Source: Staphylococcus phage StB20
Strand: one strand, 5' to 3'
Sequence record: NC_019915.1
Length of the DNA stretch: 40,917 nt
The notes beneath the pieces are model-generated. The model ran no database searches and was not told the DNA's origin. It saw nothing but the letters and a program-made list of their open reading frames with translations. This document shows positions 35,383 through 40,917 of this stretch, one piece after another. Position 1 is the stretch's first letter; every line of letters starts with the position of its first letter. The translations under genes and the position numbers were made by a program.

Positions 35383-35776
35383 GTTACCTCAAAGTTACTA
35401 TGACGATAAGGATGAGATTCATAAAAGAATAAGAGAAGTCGATGAAAAACATACGAATAATTATAACAATTTAAGTGTGCTATTAGCAGAATTTAAACCT
35501 ACACTTAATCAAATGGTAGATGCAACTAAAGAGATGAGTGCTGAACAGAAAAAGACAAACCGACAAATCATAGAACAAGGTCAACGATTGTCTCTCGTCG
35601 AAAAAGATGCTCGAATGTTTAGGGAACATTTAAGTCAAGAAGAACAAGAAGCAAAAGAGAAAGGTAAAGAAAATAAAGAGTTTATTTTAAAAGCTACCGG
35701 TATATTTGTTGGAGGAGGTGGTGTGGCTTGGCTTATCCATCCATTGTTCAACTTTTTAAAAAATGTGATTAATTAA
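35369..35776 (+). CDS. XhlA-like coiled-coil protein with a C-terminal transmembrane anchor (135 aa)
   Basis: From ATG 35369. Long coiled coil, then GIFVGGGGVAWLIHPLFNFL as a hydrophobic tail. Confidence 0.5.
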   Translation: MPNNELPQSYYDDKDEIHKRIREVDEKHTNNYNNLSVLLAEFKPTLNQMVDATKEMSAEQKKTNRQIIEQGQRLSLVEKDARMFREHLSQEEQEAKEKGKENKEFILKATGIFVGGGGVAWLIHPLFNFLKNVIN

Positions 35777-35876
35777 AGTAGGATTAAAAGGTATGTACTA
35801 CATTCGCGATAAATATAGATAAAAGGCTACTCACTGACGGTGTGTAGCCTTTAATAATAAATAATGAGGTGGATAT

Positions 35877-37259
35877 ATGATTATTAAAATGGGAGAAGTC
35901 GAAACACATATCAACCCTAGAAATGTTGATATAGGGGATATTGGTAGTCGTTTCTATACAGAAGATGAGAATACTGCATTTATCAGAATTAGAATTAATT
36001 ATAATGGCAGTCCAGTTGATTTAACTAAAACAGATATGAAACCTAAACTCGATTTATTTATGGAAGATGGTTCTGTATTCATTGATGAAACAATTGAAGT
36101 ATTAATTCCTGAAATTGGTTTGATCAAATATGACATACCTTCTAACGTGATTAAACACATTGGGAAAGTGAATTGTAAGTTATTTATGGACAGTCTTGAA
36201 CATTCCGTTCATGTAGCTAACTTCTCATTCACTATTGTTGATAGTGGCGTAGAAGAAGCAGTAGCCAAAGAAGTTAATTTAAATATAGTTAAAGATACAG
36301 TGAAACAAATCATGTCTGAAGATTTAGTTGATTTATTAAACGATGGTTTCAAAGATAAGTTAACTGGTGATTTAGAGAATTATTTATCTACACATAATGA
36401 AGAATTTAAAGGTCCAAAAGGTGACAAAGGACCTCAAGGAGAACAAGGTCCACAAGGGTTGCAAGGAGAACAAGGTATTCAAGGAGAAAAAGGAGAACAA
36501 GGTCCGCAAGGTGCTACTGGTCCACAAGGCCCACCTGGAAAAGATGGTAGAGATGGCGTCGACGGTAAATCTTTTGCTTATGATGACTTCACACCAGAAC
36601 AACTTGATAAATTAAAACCAGAATTGCCAGATTTTTCAAAGTGGCAGAAATATAAGTTGACTAATGATGATGGTAACCAAATAGCTACTTTCGACAGTGA
36701 TAATAGAATGACCAATGAAAACCTACTGTCTACCCCAACAGGTTTTTATTATAACTACGAATATGACGATTCCCCTAATGGTTCCGAGGGGGTTGTTTAT
36801 GTAATGGAATATACTGATGAGTGTAAAAAAGTATACTATTCTTCATATAGGTATAACGATTTATATGTTAAAACTTATCATCCCGATTTTGGATGGCTAG
36901 AATGGGAAGAAATAAGTAATGGCTACACTGATACTGGTTGGATTCCACTAGCAATTAAAAATGACTATGAAATAATCACTAACCTAAATTATGAACAGTC
37001 TTATCGTGTGATTGATTATGGTAATTTTAAAAAAGTATCTGTTCGTTTAGGCGTAATTGATAATTCGCCGAGTAACCACAGCGTTGTCGCATCTATCCCT
37101 GAATACCTCAACCCATACGATGTTTTTGGTTATGGAGTGTCAACTACTCAAGGTGGTAGACCTGTAACAGTAACAATAGTTGACGGCGATATAATGTTGT
37201 ACTCTAACAGTTTCGCCAGTTCTATGAACACTTACTATCAAGGAGAATGGATAATATAG
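35877..37259 (+). CDS. Tail fibre protein with a collagen-like triple-helix region and a C-terminal globular (receptor-binding-like) domain
   Basis: 460 aa. RBS TGAGGTGGATATATG. Gly-X-Y run (see repeat feature). Confidence 0.75.
   Translation: MIIKMGEVETHINPRNVDIGDIGSRFYTEDENTAFIRIRINYNGSPVDLTKTDMKPKLDLFMEDGSVFIDETIEVLIPEIGLIKYDIPSNVIKHIGKVNCKLFMDSLEHSVHVANFSFTIVDSGVEEAVAKEVNLNIVKDTVKQIMSEDLVDLLNDGFKDKLTGDLENYLSTHNEEFKGPKGDKGPQGEQGPQGLQGEQGIQGEKGEQGPQGATGPQGPPGKDGRDGVDGKSFAYDDFTPEQLDKLKPELPDFSKWQKYKLTNDDGNQIATFDSDNRMTNENLLSTPTGFYYNYEYDDSPNGSEGVVYVMEYTDECKKVYYSSYRYNDLYVKTYHPDFGWLEWEEISNGYTDTGWIPLAIKNDYEIITNLNYEQSYRVIDYGNFKKVSVRLGVIDNSPSNHSVVASIPEYLNPYDVFGYGVSTTQGGRPVTVTIVDGDIMLYSNSFASSMNTYYQGEWII
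36411..36570 (+). repeat. Collagen-like Gly-X-Y repeat tract (about 53 residues: [52 protein letters not shown])
   Basis: Uninterrupted G-x-y triplets in the translation. Confidence 0.85.
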
Positions 37260-37630
37260 GAGTGAAAAAAATGTACAAACAAATTTTTAAAAAGGCTAAT
37301 GGTAAACCTGAACTAATTAAATCAATAGAAGATGAAGAAACTGGAAAAGAATACTTTGATTATAACGAATCAGAATATACAACAGAAATACCACCTTCGA
37401 ATTTATACGAACCTATTTATTTTGAAAACGGTAAATGGATAGGTGCTACTAGAGAAGAATATCTAAAAAGACAAACTAAAGTCGAAATCGAAGAATTGCC
37501 AGATGATAAAGATACTTTAATAGCTGATTTAACATTACAATTAATAGAAACACAAAATACAGTAACAAATTTACGGAATGATATGGCGAGTTTAACATTA
37601 CAAATTTTGGAGAGTGATATTAATGCGTAA
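37247..37630 (+). CDS. Hypothetical tail-fibre-associated protein (127 aa)
   Basis: RBS ATAGGAGTGAAAAAAATG. C-terminal amphipathic helix. Confidence 0.55.
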   Translation: MDNIGVKKMYKQIFKKANGKPELIKSIEDEETGKEYFDYNESEYTTEIPPSNLYEPIYFENGKWIGATREEYLKRQTKVEIEELPDDKDTLIADLTLQLIETQNTVTNLRNDMASLTLQILESDINA

Positions 37631-37769
37631 CATAGGTATTAGATATTATAAAATGGGTTTATATAATGAAGAACAGTTTGCTTTATTTGTTAAAAGAGGA
37701 TTTGTAACGCCGGAAGAATATTTATCTTTAACTGGCGTTGAATATGATCCTGAAAAAGCACATGCATAG
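37623..37769 (+). CDS. XkdX-family small protein (48 aa)
   Basis: [42 protein letters not shown] fits the XkdX consensus (...Y..g.wt.eqv...V.kG.IT.EEY..ITG). Overlaps the upstream stop. Confidence 0.55.
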   Translation: MRNIGIRYYKMGLYNEEQFALFVKRGFVTPEEYLSLTGVEYDPEKAHA

Positions 37770-37832
37770 AATATATCAAGAGCTAACACAAAGTGTTGGC
37801 TCTTTTATTTTACTATAAAGGAGATGTAATCT

Positions 37833-38243
37833 TTGAAAATTAATTGGATGACACGTTTAAAAAACGGAACAACACTCACAGCTTTAGTAGGTGCTATTTT
37901 ATTATTTGCTAAACAAGTTACCGAAGCGTTTGGTATAGATATATCAAGTCAACTTGAAACAATCAGTAGTATTCTGGGAAGTATTATTACAATACTTGTA
38001 GCTTTAGGTATTGTTACAAACCCTAATACTAAGGGAGTTTCAGACGCTGGTATTGACTTCGAATTAAACAAACCACGTAACGAAAATACCCACCCTGTAC
38101 AGTTTAAAAGTGAATCAGGCGCAGTGAAACCTGAAGTTTTCGACACTAACGAATCGTTTACTGATGATTCTGATGAAGAAGAATTCGAATTTAATAATGA
38201 TGGAGGAGGCGCTCCAGATGAAAACACAATCTCAAATCAATAA
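37833..38243 (+). CDS. Holin
   Basis: 136 aa. TTG start after RBS AAAGGAG. Two TM helices ([12 protein letters not shown]; [15 protein letters not shown]) and a long acidic C-terminal tail. Overlaps the lysin start. Confidence 0.75.
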   Translation: MKINWMTRLKNGTTLTALVGAILLFAKQVTEAFGIDISSQLETISSILGSIITILVALGIVTNPNTKGVSDAGIDFELNKPRNENTHPVQFKSESGAVKPEVFDTNESFTDDSDEEEFEFNNDGGGAPDENTISNQ

Positions 38244-38842
38244 ACGTTTAAGAGATTATAAAAACGGTGTAGTAGATAGTCCATACAGAGTTAAACATTG
38301 GACGAGTTATGACGCTTCCTTTGGTGCTATGGAACCAGGTTGCATTGATAAAGACCGTGCTTATCACGCACAGTGTATGGATTTGGCGATAGATTATGTA
38401 ATGTGGTTAACTGATAATCAAACAGAGATGTGGGGCGATGCTAAAAGCTCTATAAAAAACAAATTCCCTAAAGGGTGGAAGATTGTAGAAAACAAACCGT
38501 CAACGATACCCAAAAAAGGTTGGATAGCTGTATATACAGCTGGAACCTATTCACGTTATGGGCACATTGGTATTGTATATAATGGTGGTAATACGAATAG
38601 CTTCCAAATTTTAGAACAAAATTGGAATGGCTGGGCTAATAAAAAACCTAGCTTACGATGGGATAACTATTATGGTTTAACACATTTTATAGTTCCACCG
38701 GTAGCGAAAGAAATAGAAGAACCTAAGAAAGATGTAAAATCAGCTCCTAAACAGTCAGTTAAGAAAAATAGTAGTATCAAAGTTAACACGCATCATATAA
38801 AAGGTTGGACTATGACTAAAAGAGGTCGTAAACCTAAAGGTG
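38218..38842 (+). CDS. Endolysin exon 1: CHAP peptidase domain, linker and the first residues of the amidase_2 domain (5' splice boundary +/-3 nt)
   Basis: RBS GGAGGAGG lies 8 nt before ATG 38218. CHAP Cys/His context (CMDLA...GHIGIV). The protein ends ...[12 protein letters not shown] immediately before an in-frame stop. It continues logically into VIHNDAG at 39776. Confidence 0.75.
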
Positions 38843-39775
38843 TATAATAGTGCAAATCCCCTTCATATATAGTATAATACCTGTATAATGACTTAGGAGA
38901 GGTATTATATGAAAGAGATATGGAAAGATATAAAAGGTTATGAAAATTATTATATGATTTCTAATACAGGTAAGGTTAAATCTTTAAAGAGAGTTATTAA
39001 GCACGGCGGTTCAAAGACTAAAACGCTCCCCGAAACTATTTTAAAACCAAATAAAGTTAATTTCGGGTATTTACAAGTTACTTTAAACAAAAACGGAAAA
39101 AGAAAGTGTAAGTATATTCACAATTTAGTTATGGAAACTTTTGTTGGTCCAAAAAAAATAGGATACGAAGTGAACCATAAGAACGAAAACAAAGAGGATA
39201 ATTCTTTGGAAAATTTAGAATATTTGACTTGTAAAGAAAATAACAATTACGGTACTAGGATACAAAGATATGTTGAAAAGGCTAAAAATGGAAAACGTAG
39301 CAAAAAAATTAAAGGAACTCATATAATAACTGGAGAAATCATATACTTCCCTTCTATATCTGAAGCTAGAAGACAAGGATATGGAAAACATATATCTGAA
39401 GTTTGCAGAGGTTATAGAAATCACTGCAATAATTACAAATGGGAATTTGTATAAGCACTGCATATATAGCGATGTATATGTACTAAAAACATAAATTGCT
39501 TTGAAGAACCTTAGAGCCTTAATACCACAATAAAGCTGAAAAGACTTTTTGACGGTTTAACAATTTTAAGGATTGGTTTGTTTAGCAGCACTACCCCTAA
39601 GTGGAGACATATGGGGAATGTTCAACGACTAGAGGATTGCGTCCTCGTAGGTTTCAAGTGAAATCGAAAGAAGAACTATCTCACGTAGATAGAGACATAT
39701 AGTCTGGTCACGTCTTGTAATGAGAGTGCTAGGAATTAACCTAGAGTTAGACTAACGACCTAACAAAACAAAACG
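38843..39775 (+). mobile_element. Group I intron (about 930 nt, boundaries approximate) interrupting the endolysin gene and carrying a homing endonuclease ORF
   Basis: The exon reading frame is restored exactly across it (KGV | VIHNDAGT). P7-like complementary strands GACTAGAGG (39614..39622) and ATAGTCTGG (39697..39705) and GNRA-type loops (cgaaag) lie 3' of the HEG. Confidence 0.65.
38909..39454 (+). CDS. Intron-encoded NUMOD4/HNH homing endonuclease
   Basis: 181 aa. RBS AGGAGAGG. N-terminal IWKDIKGYENYYMISNTGKVKS (NUMOD4). HNH region VNHKNENKEDNSLENLEYLTCKENNN. Confidence 0.85.
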   Translation: MKEIWKDIKGYENYYMISNTGKVKSLKRVIKHGGSKTKTLPETILKPNKVNFGYLQVTLNKNGKRKCKYIHNLVMETFVGPKKIGYEVNHKNENKEDNSLENLEYLTCKENNNYGTRIQRYVEKAKNGKRSKKIKGTHIITGEIIYFPSISEARRQGYGKHISEVCRGYRNHCNNYKWEFV

Positions 39776-40614
39776 TAGTTATCCATAACGATGCCGGTAC
39801 AATGAATTCTAAACAATACTATAACAATTTGGTAAACGCTGATTACAATAGGTTAGCACGAGGTATAGCTCATGCATACGCTGATAGAAACGGTATTTGG
39901 GAAGCTATATCAGAAGATAGAATTGCTTGGCATGTTTCTGATGGCGTTCAACCAGGTTCAGGTAATTTTGAAACTTATGGAATTGAAGTTAATCAATCAA
40001 TGTATGTAAGTGATAAAGATTTCCTTAAAAATGAACAAGCAGCTCTTAAATTCGCAGCGCATAAACTTAAAAAGTGGGGGTTACCAGCTAACAGAAATAC
40101 TGTTCGTTTACACAACGAATTTAGTTATACAGCTTGTCCTCATCGTTCAGCTAAATTGCATACTGGTATTGATCCAACAAAACAAGCATGGACTAAAGCG
40201 ACACAACTTAAGTTAAAAGATTACTTCATTAAACAAATTAGGGCGTATATGAAAGGTGATACACCTAAGGTTACTACGGTCAAAAATAAACCTGGTAGTG
40301 CTTCTACTCCTGCTAACAGACGAGATATGAACGGTTGGAAAATCAATAAGTATGGAACTTATTACAAATCAGAAGTAGCTCATTTTACGCCAAACACGCC
40401 TATTAAAACTCATTATGTTGGACCGTTTAGAAGTTGTCCTGTGAGCGGTGTATTACAACCCGGACAAACGGTAAGATACGATACCGTATGTAAACAAGAT
40501 GATCACGTTTGGATTAGTTACACAGCCTACAATGGCAAAGATGTGTGGTTAGCAGTAAGAACATGGGACAAAAATACAGATAGTTTAGGTAAGTTGTGGG
40601 GGACAATTAAATAA
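39776..40614 (+). CDS. Endolysin exon 2: remainder of the N-acetylmuramoyl-L-alanine amidase (amidase_2) domain plus a C-terminal SH3b cell-wall-binding domain
   Basis: The frame is open from 39751. VVIHNDAGTMNS...GIAHAYADRNGIWEAISEDRIAWHVSDG...YGIEVNQSM is the amidase_2 core. The C-terminal WKINKYGTYYKSE...VWISYTAYNGKDVWLAVRTWD is SH3_5-like. Confidence 0.8.
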
Positions 40615-40647
40615 TCTGTTATAATACAATTACCACGTCATTATACA

Positions 40648-40677
40648 AGGGTAGTCCTAGCGACTGCCCTATTTTTT
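40648..40677 (+). terminator. Rho-independent terminator after the lysis module (AGGGTAGTC-CTAGC-GACTGCCCT plus TTTTTT)
   Basis: 9-bp stem (one G·U), 5-nt loop and a T6 run. Confidence 0.8.
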
Positions 40678-40867
40678 ATGTTATAATGTTAATGAGGAAA
40701 CAGTGTTTGACACTGGCATACTATCATTTGGTATGTTTTATTATGTGCAGAGGACTTGCTTGCGTTTAGCAGTAAGAAGCTGACTGCACCGTTTACTTTT
40801 AACTACCCACACATGTCACTGGGTGGTTTCTTAATTTCAACCGCCTCGATTTCGATACGGATAATCT

Positions 40868-40890
40868 AAACCCGTCGAATTCGACGGGTT
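40868..40890. repeat. Perfect 18-bp palindrome CCCGTCGAATTCGACGGG (centred on GAATTC) adjacent to the right att arm
   Basis: Read directly from the sequence. It is followed by CTATAAAAAA and the terminal repeat. Confidence 0.6.
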
Positions 40891-40900
40891 CTATAAAAAA

Positions 40901-40912
40901 TACGGAAGTATA
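40901..40912. repeat. Right copy of the terminal inverted repeat (TACGGAAGTATA); candidate integrase att arm
   Basis: Reverse complement of 20..31. Confidence 0.5.
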
Positions 40913-40917
40913 CACAT

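Overview
The window is a complete temperate siphovirus genome or prophage of about 40.9 kb, running from its attachment-site arm to the other arm. It is low-GC and almost certainly a Staphylococcus phage, and its organisation is that of the cos-packaging group (an HNH endonuclease next to a P27-family small terminase, then HK97-type head genes). Gene order: a minus-strand large serine recombinase integrase; a lipoprotein and a small ORF; a CI-like repressor with a LexA-type S24 peptidase domain, diverging from cro across an operator-rich promoter region; an antirepressor and a run of mini-ORFs; an ERF annealing protein and SSB; a frameshifted free-standing NUMOD4/HNH homing endonuclease; an HNH-motif protein; a DnaD-like replisome organiser and DnaB helicase; an accessory block of about 13 small ORFs that includes a DUF1064-like nuclease, a nucleoside 2-deoxyribosyltransferase-like protein and a minimal trimeric dUTPase; RinA; a 600-bp noncoding region; then HNH endonuclease, terS, terL, portal, protease, a capsid protein with an acidic N-terminal domain, connectors, the major tail protein, and tail chaperones G/GT with an A_AAA_AAG -1 slippery site. 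The tape measure protein is split over three reading frames at homopolymer runs. The distal tail module follows (Dit, Tal, a protein with zinc-carboxypeptidase M14 motifs, a coiled-coil fibre, a PghP-like gamma-polyglutamate hydrolase-fold protein, a collagen-like fibre, XkdX). The lysis module is a holin plus a CHAP-amidase-SH3b endolysin interrupted by a group I intron that encodes a second NUMOD4/HNH homing endonuclease. The two extreme ends of the window carry a perfect 12-bp inverted repeat, consistent with the arms of a serine-integrase attachment site. No tRNA or CRISPR array was seen. All functional calls come from reading motifs in the translations; no database search was run.
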